Shown here piece after piece: positions 1-9,137 of a DNA stretch of 64,000 nucleotides (the stretch's first letter is position 1; every line of letters starts with the position of its first letter). Origin of the DNA: a virus (lineage: Duplodnaviria > Caudoviricetes). The stretch spans positions 1,400-65,399 of the IMG/VR virus record IMGVR_UViG_3300046461_000177. One strand, 5' to 3'. The translations under genes and the position numbers were made by a program. The notes below the pieces were generated by a model. That model made no database searches. It saw only the letters and a program-made list of their open reading frames with translations, and was not told the origin of the DNA.

Positions 1-2
1 CA

Positions 3-641
3 ACCAGCACCACCACCAGTGCAACAACGGCCGGAGTTTCGACGGCTGCGCCGGCTCAGCCGTCCGCGGCCACGAGCTCGGCCACCACCGCATCGCCCGT
101 CACCCAGGCGACGCAATCGTCACCAGTGACGTTGGCCGACACGCCGGCGAACCCACCGCCGCTCACCACCGACCCACTCGCGCCGCTCGTCGGGCCGGTG
201 GTCAGCGTCTACGACGGCGACACCCTCACCGTCGTGGTCGGGGGTGAGAAGGAATCCGTCCGGCCGCTCGGCATCGACGCCCCCGAGTTGGAGAACAAGG
301 GGCTCGGCATCGTCGGCGAGTGCTACGGGCCGCAGTCGAAAGACGCTGCCCGAGCGCTGCTCACCGGGACCACTGTGCGGCTCACCGTCGACCCCCAGCA
401 GGGTGACGCCAAGGACGACTACCGCGACCTGCACGGCCGACTCCTGCGGTACGTGCAGGTTCCGCTGGACACCGGCGACATCACCACCGCAACCGACACC
501 GTCGACTTCGGTGACTACCAGATCCGCAGCGGCAACGCATGGGTCTACGAGCAGTACCCGGTCAAACGCACACCGGACTACATGACCGAGATGCAGCAGG
601 CCCAGCAGGACCACGAGGGACTCTGGGCGGCCTGCGAATGA
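3..641 (+). CDS. Thermonuclease (SNase-like) with Ser/Thr/Ala/Pro linker, 5' end outside window
   Basis: Frame open from base 3; motifs VVSVYDGDTL, VRPLGIDAPE, GRLLRYV, GLW typical of SNase family. Confidence 0.85.
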   Translation, partial: TSTTTSATTAGVSTAAPAQPSAATSSATTASPVTQATQSSPVTLADTPANPPPLTTDPLAPLVGPVVSVYDGDTLTVVVGGEKESVRPLGIDAPELENKGLGIVGECYGPQSKDAARALLTGTTVRLTVDPQQGDAKDDYRDLHGRLLRYVQVPLDTGDITTATDTVDFGDYQIRSGNAWVYEQYPVKRTPDYMTEMQQAQQDHEGLWAACE

Positions 642-1108
642 GTCTGCACAGTGCGCACCTGGCCGACCCGGTCGGCGTCCTGCGGCCGGACATCTGCCCC
701 GACTGCCGGGCGCTACTCCCGCAGGTCGCGGCCGACACATTTTCGGGCGTCGAGGTGGCCCAGGCCAACCTCAACCGCGCCGTCTCCGCATGGGCGAACC
801 GGCGCAGCGCCCGCGAGGGTAGCCAGGTCGACATCGACCTGTTCCAGGCGCAGTACCAGTTTCAGATCGCCTGTCAGCGCGCATTCATGGAGACCGCCAA
901 GCCCTACCCGCTGCCCCGCGCGAAGCCGAAGCCGGTACCCGAGTACGTCGTCCCCGAGGCGCCGATGGCCCGCGAGCTGCGCATCGCAAACCTGCTCGCC
1001 GTGGTCAAGTACCCGGCCACCATTCCCCAGGGCGATCGGGTCCGGGTGGTCGCACTCATGCGCGCGCTGGAGATGCTGGGTCTCGATGTGGAGGACCCAC
1101 CGCAGTAG
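638..1108 (+). CDS. Hypothetical protein (CxxC)
   Basis: ATGA overlap with nuclease stop; ends before hairpin. Confidence 0.6.
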   Translation: MSLHSAHLADPVGVLRPDICPDCRALLPQVAADTFSGVEVAQANLNRAVSAWANRRSAREGSQVDIDLFQAQYQFQIACQRAFMETAKPYPLPRAKPKPVPEYVVPEAPMARELRIANLLAVVKYPATIPQGDRVRVVALMRALEMLGLDVEDPPQ

Positions 1109-1147
1109 GCTCGACATCGGACACGTCAGGGACGGCGTGCCGCTCCG

Positions 1148-1182
1148 AAACCCCGGTTGCCCCGTCAGGCAGCCGGGGTTTT
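1148..1182. terminator. Bidirectional terminator-like hairpin
   Basis: AAACCCCGGTTGCC / GGCAGCCGGGGTTT stem between convergent genes. Confidence 0.7.
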
Positions 1183-1380
1183 CTGGCGCAACATACCGAG
1201 CGATTCCAACTCCTCCAGCACCGTCGCCAGGCCGGCCCGGTCGGCGTCCTTGTCGGCATCCCGGAGCGCCGAGAACGGGCAGCCGTTCACCGATCGGCCC
1301 GACGAAACCAGGCTCACCAACCGGGCCGCGTGCTGCTGCGTGCACAGATACTCGATCAGGTCCCCGCGACTCATCGACAT
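1165..1380 (-). CDS. Hypothetical protein
   Basis: 71-aa ORF converging on hairpin. Confidence 0.5.
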   Translation of the reverse strand: MSMSRGDLIEYLCTQQHAARLVSLVSSGRSVNGCPFSALRDADKDADRAGLATVLEELESLGMLRQKTPAA

Positions 1381-1516
1381 AGCGACAGGTTATGCCCAGG
1401 GATCACGCCGGGCAGCGTTCCAGTGCGCCATGAACACCGCGATCCCCCACAGGTAGATCGCCGCCATCGTCGGCTGGCAGTACCACTCGGACCCGTCATC
1501 GGACTCGTTCACCGAC

Positions 1517-1774
1517 TCACCGTAGCGGGGACCGCCAATGCCATATCCGGCCCAGCCAACGCACCGGCCGGACCCGCCGCCGGCGCAACTCCCAGCCCGC
1601 ACCCATGCACGGGCCGCACGGCAGGAACCGGCCGTGCCCGATGTCCAGGATCGCCTTCCGCCGGCGGCACACCGCGCACGCCACGTCGTGGATCACCCAC
1701 GGTCCACCGTCCGTGATCACCACCGGATCGTGCATCGACAGCGTCGGGTAACGGGTCAGGTCAGCGTTGGCCAT
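1517..1774 (-). CDS. Small Cys-rich hypothetical protein (2x CxxC)
   Basis: CAVC...CGPC, phage-like small ORF. Confidence 0.55.
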   Translation of the reverse strand: MANADLTRYPTLSMHDPVVITDGGPWVIHDVACAVCRRRKAILDIGHGRFLPCGPCMGAGWELRRRRVRPVRWLGRIWHWRSPLR

Positions 1775-1903
1775 GCGGGCAGTGTTCCCAGTTAACGGCC
1801 GGTCACTTCCTGGCCAGCCGTCGGATACGTGCGATGAAGTCCTACCCAGGGAGCCTACTTACCCGAGCAGGCCCGTGCCCCGGTAGTTAGCCTGCCTCAC
1901 TTT

Positions 1904-1944
1904 GGGCAGGATATTCCGCAGCGGCCCTAGTCGGCCGATGCGGA
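1904..1944 (-). promoter_or_regulatory. oriT: oriT (MOBP/IncP-type nic site plus inverted repeat)
   Basis: Minus strand reads ATATCCTG^CCC (1914-1904), matching the YATCCTG^Y consensus; IR TCCGCA-G-CGGCC / GGCCG-A-TGCGGA at 1915-1944; directly upstream of mobC-relaxase. Confidence 0.8.
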
Positions 1945-2006
1945 GTTGACAGGGCGAGGATCGAGTGGGAATCTGACGCTGTAGTTGACACCGAGGGGAT
2001 AACCGC

Positions 2007-2375
2007 ATGACGAAGCCGAAGACCAAGGGACCGAAGCGCCACAAGCAGCCCGCCGTGCCCGGCGGCAGGCCCCATCGGGTGCGTGTGCAGCTCACGACGG
2101 CGCAACTCCAAGCGCTGCAACGACTCTCGGACGAGCTTTACATCGGCATCCCGGAGATCCTGATTTCCAGTGCCCTGGACGCTCCGAAGCAGGCCCCGAA
2201 GGCGATGGCCGCGGAGGTCGACGGCATCCGTCGGATCCTCACCGAGGAGTCAGAAAGCCTGCGCAGGATCGCCATGTTCGCGGATGAAAAAAGCTGGTAC
2301 CCGAACGGTTGGGCGAACGTCCACAACTCCATCGAGGAGCGCAACGCGAGGATCGCGAAGTACCTCGGATGCTGA
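2007..2375 (+). CDS. mobC: MobC-like relaxosome accessory protein (RHH)
   Basis: RVRVQLT beta strand plus helices; located between oriT and relaxase. Confidence 0.65.
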   Translation: MTKPKTKGPKRHKQPAVPGGRPHRVRVQLTTAQLQALQRLSDELYIGIPEILISSALDAPKQAPKAMAAEVDGIRRILTEESESLRRIAMFADEKSWYPNGWANVHNSIEERNARIAKYLGC

Positions 2376-2794
2376 CTCCCGAACTGCCGGAGCACTGCCC
2401 GTGCGGCGGCTGGCCCAGCGATCCCGGTGAGCCGATTCCGGAAATCCCCGGGCTCTACAACCATCGCGTGCTGACCCATCCGGTGGCATTCGTCAACGGC
2501 GAGTGGGTGGCGACCGCGGACCTGCCAAGGATCAAGACGACCGCAGAACGAGCGGCCGAGACCGACGCCGAGGAGAAGGGCGCCGAGCGGCTCACCAACG
2601 CCAGGAAAAGCTGGGAGGCGGCCAGAACCACGTCGACCAATGCAGCACTGAACCGGCTGATCGAGATGCACGAGCCACTGATGAATGGCCGGTACGACCT
2701 GTACTGCAATCAGTGCTGGGATGAGGGTGGGTACATGACGTCGTGGCCCTGTGAAAGCTGGCGCATGCTGCTCGTGGTCATGCTCAGGCCATGA
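2369..2794 (+). CDS. Phage-type hypothetical protein (H-x-P...CxxC...WPC)
   Basis: Overlaps mobC stop and relaxase start; C-terminal HEP...CNQCWD...SWPC. Confidence 0.65.
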   Translation: MLTPELPEHCPCGGWPSDPGEPIPEIPGLYNHRVLTHPVAFVNGEWVATADLPRIKTTAERAAETDAEEKGAERLTNARKSWEAARTTSTNAALNRLIEMHEPLMNGRYDLYCNQCWDEGGYMTSWPCESWRMLLVVMLRP

Positions 2795-5313
2795 GTCTGA
2801 TCGTGAAGATCGTGGGCCGCTCGGGTGACCCAGGCGGTCTGATCAACTACCTCGCGAACGACAAGAATCTGCACGAGAACCAGCGGATCGTGGCTGGCAC
2901 CGTGCGGTACCAGGGGCACCTGGACAAGGAACTCGCGCAGCAGGTGGCCGCCGATCTGCGGTTCTATCAGCAGACCACCGGCAAGGTGATGCCGAAGGGC
3001 CACGTCTACCACGTGACCCTGTCGGCGAGCCGGGAGAACGGGCCGATTCCCGACGCCCGGTGGGACGACATCGCGAACGATTTCATGGACGGCATGCGCT
3101 TCACCGGCCCGAACCTGAGTCCGGTGCGCTGGACCGCGGTGAACCATGGCGCCAACGCTTCCGGCGCCGATCACATCCATATCGCGATGAGCCTGGTGCG
3201 GCAGAACGGCCGACAGGTGAACCTCTACAACGACATGGTCCGGGCCTCCGGGGTGGCGACCAGACTGGAACAGAAGTACGGCCTCGGAGTGCTGCAGACC
3301 CGCCTCGCCCTCATCGGTGCTGGCAGTGTTCCGTACACCCACGGCGAGATCAAGCGGGCTGAGCAGGAAGGACGCCCGGAGGCTGATCGGGTGCGTCTGG
3401 AGCGCGACATCCGGGCGCTGGCCGGGCAGGCGCGCAGTGAGGTGGAGTTCATCAAGCTGGTCAAGGACGACGGCCTGCTGATCGCGCCCTTCCCTCGCGA
3501 GAAGGGCCTCGTCAAGGGTTACTCGGTGGCCCTGCCGACCTCTGCCGGCACCCGGCAGGACTGGCTGGCGGGTGGGAAGCTGGCGAAGGATCTGACCCTG
3601 CCACAGCTTCGCCGCCGCTGGCCGGGGACCCCGAATCAGCGGGTCGCAGCACAGCACGCTTGGCGCGGCAGCGAAGCCGGACAGGATCAGGAGCAGCAGG
3701 CGGACGGCGGCACGGAGGTTACCCCGGACGACCTGGCCGAGGCCCTGCAGCAGGCGACTCCGGCGTCGTTCGCGGACCTGTCTCACGACCTGGCGGCGAA
3801 CCTCGCGGCAGCCAGCCGAATGCTGGAGGAGGTGCCGGGCGAACTGGCGGCGGCCAGTCGGGACGCGGGCGCCTGGGCGCAACCGCACGTGCTGCCGGAG
3901 GGCGCTCCGCTGCTGACCCGAGCGGGTGCCCGCCTCTTCGTCCAGGGCCTTGATCCCAGCGGAGAACGCGGCCGGAGCATCATGTTCCGCCAGTTCGCCG
4001 ACACGATGTTGGAGCTGTACCGACTGCATCAGGTGCAACGCCTGAGAGTCGCAACGAGAAGGCAGGTGGGCAGGATGGACGACGCGAATCCGGCGGCGGA
4101 AGTGATGGACGATGGCACCACACTGGCGGCGACGGGTTCGATGCTCGCCGTCATGCAGACAGCACGGAATGAACGGACGGCGATCGAACACGACACTGCC
4201 GCGGACACCGGAGGAGATGGCGAGATGTTCGGCAAGACCAAGGGACAGGGCGAGGCGAAGAGTGGTGGCCTCGACCTGATCGATCGGGACTTCTTCCGCG
4301 ACGCCCGACGCATGGAGCAGGCGCATCGCGCGTCGGTACGGGAGCAGGCCAAGCTGATCGGTATCGGCCCGCCGGCAACCCCGGACCAGATCGAGAGACT
4401 GGAGAAGTTGTCGGAGCAGGTGGGCCTCCCGCTGGATCGGGAGACCCTGGCCGCGGTACGGCAGGACCGCGCGGCGGACATGATCCTGGACTTCGAGTCG
4501 GCCGCGAAGGACTACGGCCTGCCGCCGATCCAGACCGGGCAGTACGAGGCCGTTGTGTCCAAGGTTGTGGGGCCGTACGGCGTCAGCAATGGCGCCGAGG
4601 CCGACGCTTTCCTGGGCGGGCTGGAACGCCGGGCGCAGCTTCGCCAGGAGGCCGCGGACCTTGCCGCCTTCGACGCCGCCCAGGCCGCCGCCAAGAATGC
4701 CGAAGCGCCATGGATCGACCCGGACCACATGGTTGACACGCCGCCCGATGTCGCGGACATGCGGGCCCAACTGGACCACGTCATGGACTGCGGCCCGCTC
4801 CTGAGCGACGCCCAGGTCGTGGAACAGAACCGCAAGATGCACGCCGCCGGCATTCATCCCGTGCCGGTTGTCAATGGCACTGCGCAGGTGTCGCCACCCC
4901 TCCCGACGGAGGGGGCTGCGTACCAATACCGCGCGGCGCCAGCGCGCTCGGACGCGCCAATATATTCGGGGGATCCGCGCAACTGGGAGAACGCGATGGA
5001 CCCGATCAGCAAGCCACAGCGGTATCGGCTGCAGCAGGCCGGGTTCAGTGACGTGGAGATCGGCGAGCTGGCGGGCAAGGGCGAGGCATCGGTCGTGGTG
5101 GGCGCCTACCTGGGTCCTGATACACCGCCGGTGCCGGACCCAGCGCGCGCTCGCGCGGCGTACGACAAGGTGCAGGCCGAGGCCATTGGCGCAGTCTCAG
5201 GGATGGGTACCCCGACCCAGCCGCGGGTAGCGGATCTGCCGTCGCAGACTGCTACTCCGACCATCGCTGCGCCCCAGCAGGCGTCGCGGAAACCTCTGCG
5301 CCCGACGCAGTAA
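2791..5313 (+). CDS. MOBP family relaxase with long C-terminal extension
   Basis: N-terminal LINYL (catalytic Tyr), VYHVTLS, HG...DHIHIAMSLV HUH motif. Confidence 0.9.
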   Translation: MSLIVKIVGRSGDPGGLINYLANDKNLHENQRIVAGTVRYQGHLDKELAQQVAADLRFYQQTTGKVMPKGHVYHVTLSASRENGPIPDARWDDIANDFMDGMRFTGPNLSPVRWTAVNHGANASGADHIHIAMSLVRQNGRQVNLYNDMVRASGVATRLEQKYGLGVLQTRLALIGAGSVPYTHGEIKRAEQEGRPEADRVRLERDIRALAGQARSEVEFIKLVKDDGLLIAPFPREKGLVKGYSVALPTSAGTRQDWLAGGKLAKDLTLPQLRRRWPGTPNQRVAAQHAWRGSEAGQDQEQQADGGTEVTPDDLAEALQQATPASFADLSHDLAANLAAASRMLEEVPGELAAASRDAGAWAQPHVLPEGAPLLTRAGARLFVQGLDPSGERGRSIMFRQFADTMLELYRLHQVQRLRVATRRQVGRMDDANPAAEVMDDGTTLAATGSMLAVMQTARNERTAIEHDTAADTGGDGEMFGKTKGQGEAKSGGLDLIDRDFFRDARRMEQAHRASVREQAKLIGIGPPATPDQIERLEKLSEQVGLPLDRETLAAVRQDRAADMILDFESAAKDYGLPPIQTGQYEAVVSKVVGPYGVSNGAEADAFLGGLERRAQLRQEAADLAAFDAAQAAAKNAEAPWIDPDHMVDTPPDVADMRAQLDHVMDCGPLLSDAQVVEQNRKMHAAGIHPVPVVNGTAQVSPPLPTEGAAYQYRAAPARSDAPIYSGDPRNWENAMDPISKPQRYRLQQAGFSDVEIGELAGKGEASVVVGAYLGPDTPPVPDPARARAAYDKVQAEAIGAVSGMGTPTQPRVADLPSQTATPTIAAPQQASRKPLRPTQ

Positions 5314-5354
5314 TCCGGTAGCGTCAGGGAGTCCCCTTCCCCGGGGCAACACAC

Positions 5355-5393
5355 CAAAGGCCCGATACCAACCCCCCTGGTATCGGGCCTTTG
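5355..5393. terminator. Bidirectional terminator hairpin
   Basis: Perfect 16-bp stem CAAAGGCCCGATACCA / TGGTATCGGGCCTTTG between convergent genes. Confidence 0.85.
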
Positions 5394-5404
5394 TGCTGTC
5401 CGGT

Positions 5405-6004
5405 TCAGCCGGCAAGCGGTGGGAAGTTCACATGCTGACCGGGTCGATCGGGGTGCTGGCTGCAACTGGCCAAGCCGCCACCCTCCGCCCACAACTTCTC
5501 CATCAGCGGGTAGGCGTAAACAGTCAGCCACACGGCCCGTTCGGTCGACGGAACCAGTGGGTCATCCGGCGGTCGGTGAGCCTCGTAGGCGCGCCACAGA
5601 GCTTGGATAACCTCAACCGCTTCGGGGTGCAAGGCCCAGTCCCCGCACCACCGGTAGCCCTGTCCCAACTCGTCCCGCGCGAAAATCCTGGACAGGTATG
5701 CGTGGAAGAACTCAGTGTGGTTGGGGTACTCCGTCGGCGGCCGGGTGGTGACGGTGATCAGGTCGTCCTCGGGGGCGAGGAGCCCGATCGCGGCGACCCG
5801 GTAGACGTAGGTGGTGCTCGGTCTGCAGTTCGGGTCGATGAACTTCCGACCGGAGGTAACGGCCGCGATGCGCTCCATCGGAGCCGGCGGGATGCACCGG
5901 TGGACGACGTAACTGGATGGGATGCCGGGGTCGGTCGCTTCCCGCGACCAGGCCAGCGAGACGGTCTCCCGGCCGCCGTCCGTCACGGTCAGTTTGAGCG
6001 TCAT
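5405..6004 (-). CDS. DUF4913-like conjugation-associated protein with N-terminal FN3-like domain
   Basis: RWCGDWALHPEAV...ALWRAYE...C motif downstream of T4CP; N-terminal VSLAW...STTYVYRVAA. Confidence 0.7.
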   Translation of the reverse strand: MTLKLTVTDGGRETVSLAWSREATDPGIPSSYVVHRCIPPAPMERIAAVTSGRKFIDPNCRPSTTYVYRVAAIGLLAPEDDLITVTTRPPTEYPNHTEFFHAYLSRIFARDELGQGYRWCGDWALHPEAVEVIQALWRAYEAHRPPDDPLVPSTERAVWLTVYAYPLMEKLWAEGGGLASCSQHPDRPGQHVNFPPLAG

Positions 6005-7773
6005 ACGGTCAGCGCCGGGCGGGGTCCGTACATCTCGATGGACCGCTTCACGAGCGCGTCCATCTCGGGATCAAGGAAGTACGGCTCCATCTTGGTGAGC
6101 ACCGGCCGGCCACCGCCGTAGTGGACGATCATCCGCCATTCCGGCAGCGCCGCGATGTCCGATGGGTTGAGAATCGGCACTTCGTGATACTGGGCATTGA
6201 GTGACCTGGAGGCTCGCCCGCCGCCGGTGGTGAAGATGCCGGATGGCGTGCTGTTGCCGGTCGAGTAGGTGCGACGCTCGTAGGGACCGACGATCTTGGA
6301 CAGCTTCTCCAGCAGTTCCATCTCATCGATGCCGCGGCCGTAGAGCCGGTGGGTGGATGCCCCGGAGAGTTTATCCATGCCGTCCTTGCCCCAGGCCGCG
6401 CGGCCTTGTGCCAGGGACTGGAAGATGGCCAGGCAGAGTAACCCCTGGCTGGCGAAGTGGGAGAACCAGTCGGGTAGTGGCTTGATCCTGGCGACGTTCG
6501 CGACCTCGTCCAGGGCGAGCACGCCGGTGGGGTCGATCCGGCCGCCGGGGCAGGTCTTGGCATAGCTACGGGCGGCCTCCGTGATGGCGACGGTGAGCGC
6601 CGCGACCAGCGGCCCGAGGCTGCCGGTGCCCTCCTCGGACAGGCTGATCACCGTGTCGCCCTGGGACCGGACGAACTGGTGCGGGTCGAATTGCGGGCGC
6701 ATGTCGGTGGGGCCGTCCTGCACGATCCAGGCCAACGCCTGGCGGTTGAACAGGAAGTTGATGACCCGCTTGGCGTTGGCGAAGACGCCCCGCTTGGTGT
6801 CCGGATTCAGGTGGAACCCGAAGTCGACGTTGGACGCGGACAGTGCCCAGCCGGCATCCCGCAGGATCCGTACAGGTACACCGCCCTGGTCGGGGTTATT
6901 GATCCAGTACACGACGTCGGTGATCGGCCGACGATCGATAGCGGCTGCCAGTAGGAGTCCAGAGAGCAGGTTGATCCCCTCGGGCTCGAAGAACCCATCG
7001 GTCTTGGCGTCCATGATCCGGGCGGCGTCGGCGAAGATGTTGGCCTGGGTGGTGGCCTTGGTGTCGGCGTCGGCGGCGCATTCGGCGCCGGGTCCGTAGA
7101 TGTAGGTCAACGGGTTCCAGTACCAGGTGGGTTCGACCTCGGCGACCTTCTGCGGATCGAAGCACCAGAACCGGCCCTTCTGCTCCCTGGCGTAGCGGAC
7201 CGCCACGTAAAGGTCAGGCTTGTTGGCTGTGGCGTACGCCCAGCCGGGCGCTTTCAGGACCCACTTGATCACCAGCGCCGAGGTCTTACCCGCACCGGGG
7301 TTCATGACTGCCATGACCGTCGAGCGCCAGTCGGCCCAGAGATCCTTGCCGGTGGCGACCGCCTTACCGAGCGGCAGGCCCACATCAACCCCGGTGGTGT
7401 ATTTCGCGCTGGCATTCTTGGCACGGACGGTTTTCAGGGTCAGTTCCTTGCCGTCGCCCATGAGCTTCGCTCGCGCGTCGATGTGATCCTGGGCTATGCG
7501 TCGTTGTCGCATGGTCATGCCGACGAGAACTACCTGAGCGGCGAATGCGAGCCCGAGCCCGATCGCCAGCGCTGTATGAACGATCCCCCACTCGTCCCAT
7601 GGCGTCGGCTGCAGCTTGGCCCATTTCGCGGGATTCGCGGGGAGCCATTCCGCTGTATTCAGCCAGTGTCCGAGGTGCAATACGCCATAGGTGACGAGGC
7701 CGATCAGGAGCCCCTCCACACCAAGTAGCGTCCAGGTGGGGCCATTTCCGGGCCGGCGCTGGTGAATGCTCAT
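6001..7773 (-). CDS. virD4: Type IV coupling protein (VirD4/TraD/TraG)
   Basis: Two N-terminal TMs, Walker A PGAGKTS, Walker B LALDEVAN, QSLAQ motif. Confidence 0.9.
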   Translation of the reverse strand: MSIHQRRPGNGPTWTLLGVEGLLIGLVTYGVLHLGHWLNTAEWLPANPAKWAKLQPTPWDEWGIVHTALAIGLGLAFAAQVVLVGMTMRQRRIAQDHIDARAKLMGDGKELTLKTVRAKNASAKYTTGVDVGLPLGKAVATGKDLWADWRSTVMAVMNPGAGKTSALVIKWVLKAPGWAYATANKPDLYVAVRYAREQKGRFWCFDPQKVAEVEPTWYWNPLTYIYGPGAECAADADTKATTQANIFADAARIMDAKTDGFFEPEGINLLSGLLLAAAIDRRPITDVVYWINNPDQGGVPVRILRDAGWALSASNVDFGFHLNPDTKRGVFANAKRVINFLFNRQALAWIVQDGPTDMRPQFDPHQFVRSQGDTVISLSEEGTGSLGPLVAALTVAITEAARSYAKTCPGGRIDPTGVLALDEVANVARIKPLPDWFSHFASQGLLCLAIFQSLAQGRAAWGKDGMDKLSGASTHRLYGRGIDEMELLEKLSKIVGPYERRTYSTGNSTPSGIFTTGGGRASRSLNAQYHEVPILNPSDIAALPEWRMIVHYGGGRPVLTKMEPYFLDPEMDALVKRSIEMYGPRPALTV

Positions 7774-7970
7774 TTCTCCTCCGAGGCTTTCAGTAGATCG
7801 GTGACGTCCGACTGCAGGATCCGAACTCGACCTCGGCCCAGCTTGTAGGACGGGATGAGGCCCTTCTTGCGCCAGCGTCTGAGCGTGCGCGTGGTGATCC
7901 GGAGTTGCTCCGCAGCTTCTGCCGTGGTCAGCAGCAGGCCGGTAGGCCCTACACCATGGGACAGGGACAT
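7770..7970 (-). CDS. Excisionase/BldC-like MerR-type HTH DNA-binding protein
   Basis: LLTTAEAAEQLRITTRTLRRW..G.IP...G..RI; RBS GAAGGA. Confidence 0.85.
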   Translation of the reverse strand: MSLSHGVGPTGLLLTTAEAAEQLRITTRTLRRWRKKGLIPSYKLGRGRVRILQSDVTDLLKASEEK

Positions 7971-8015
7971 GTCACTTCCTTCGAGTTGATGGTTGGGTAA
8001 TACCATCCCTTAGAG

Positions 8016-8051
8016 TGACCGCTCTTGTCCACCCTTGACCGGTGTTGACCG
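8016..8051. repeat. Four 10-bp-phased TG(A/T)CC direct repeats in divergent tra promoter region
   Basis: TGACC/TGTCC at 8016, 8026, 8036, 8046. Confidence 0.7.
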
Positions 8052-8112
8052 CCCTTCGCTCCGACTGCTAGTGTCCCTGGAGTATCAACAACCACTCCAC
8101 AGGAGGACCCGA

Positions 8113-8409
8113 ATGTCACTGCCCACACTCGTTGCGAAGGCCCAACTCGCCCTGGCGCCGCCCGATCCGGGCGCGGCCGACCTTCCGGCGAAGGTCAATG
8201 CCGCCGTCGACAAGATCGTCGGAATGTTAATCACCATCGGCGGCATCGTGGCGGTGATCGCCCTGATCGCCGCGTTCATCATGCTGATGATCGGTGAAGA
8301 CAACCGCGGCGGCTCGGGCGGCACCAAGATCATGAAGGTGCTGGCCGGTCTCGGCGGCGTCCTGGGCGCCGGTTCCCTCGTCGGGATCATCTGGACCGCC
8401 GCGGGATGA
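8113..8409 (+). CDS. Pilin-like membrane protein (TrbC/VirB2-like)
   Basis: Strong RBS AGGAGG; about 98 aa with two hydrophobic helices; first gene of tra operon. Confidence 0.7.
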   Translation: MSLPTLVAKAQLALAPPDPGAADLPAKVNAAVDKIVGMLITIGGIVAVIALIAAFIMLMIGEDNRGGSGGTKIMKVLAGLGGVLGAGSLVGIIWTAAG

Positions 8410-9137
8410 GCAAGCTCAGGACCGCGGTAGATGTCGCACCTGCGGCGCCACGACGTACGTGGCGCCGCAGGGTGGTGGACGGCTGGCACGGCCCGGTCGG
8501 TTATGGCGTCACCGCTGTGTTTTTTGTGGTGGTCATCGCGGGCCTGATCTGGATCGTGTTCTTTCCGCCGGGCAAGCCACTGGTGACAGGAACCGGGTCG
8601 ACCCCGGCGCCGGCCACTGCACCTGCCGAGTCCACGCTCACCAGTGATGCCATGCCGTCGCCCGCCGTGGATTGCCCCCCACAGGATCCGATCGAGTTCC
8701 TGCCGGAGCAGGTACTCAGCGAGTCCTACATCACCACCTGGTACCCGGTGGGCGCCATGGCTGCACCCAGCTCACCGGCGGCCGGCCCGACCCAGGCGCG
8801 GCGGTGCTTTGCTCGGACGCCGGAGGGCGCGCTCTATGCGGCGGTCACCAGACTTGCTGAGGAGGCCGCCAATACGGGCCTCGTGCAGCAGGCAGCGGCC
8901 CAGGGTGTCACTGACATCCGATTCAGCGGCTACCGGTGGCAGTCATACACCCCCGACAAGGCGATCGTCGTGGTGCGCTTGGCCGCCTCGAACGGGGTCG
9001 ACACCCACCAAGCCGGGCGCGTGCTGGACGTGACATGGGCCGACAACGACTGGCAAGTAGTCCCGGATGACACCGCAGCCGCCGCGTCCGCCGCGGCCGA
9101 CCCGAAACGCATATACACACCCTGGGGAGGGTCCTGA
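8406..9137 (+). CDS. Bitopic conjugal transfer protein (VirB8-like position)
   Basis: Single TM, Pro/Thr linker, GP...CFARTPEGAL.AA motif seen in actinobacterial tra clusters. Confidence 0.6.
   Translation: MSKLRTAVDVAPAAPRRTWRRRVVDGWHGPVGYGVTAVFFVVVIAGLIWIVFFPPGKPLVTGTGSTPAPATAPAESTLTSDAMPSPAVDCPPQDPIEFLPEQVLSESYITTWYPVGAMAAPSSPAAGPTQARRCFARTPEGALYAAVTRLAEEAANTGLVQQAAAQGVTDIRFSGYRWQSYTPDKAIVVVRLAASNGVDTHQAGRVLDVTWADNDWQVVPDDTAAAASAAADPKRIYTPWGGS

Noticed and set aside
2710-4926. 738-aa minus-strand ORF
   Set aside because: Antisense shadow of the relaxase caused by high-GC codon bias; no motifs.
7770-7970. Excisionase implying an integrated ICE
   Set aside because: No integrase or att site in the window; HTH genes of this type commonly precede T4CP genes as regulators. 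An integrase outside the window cannot be excluded.
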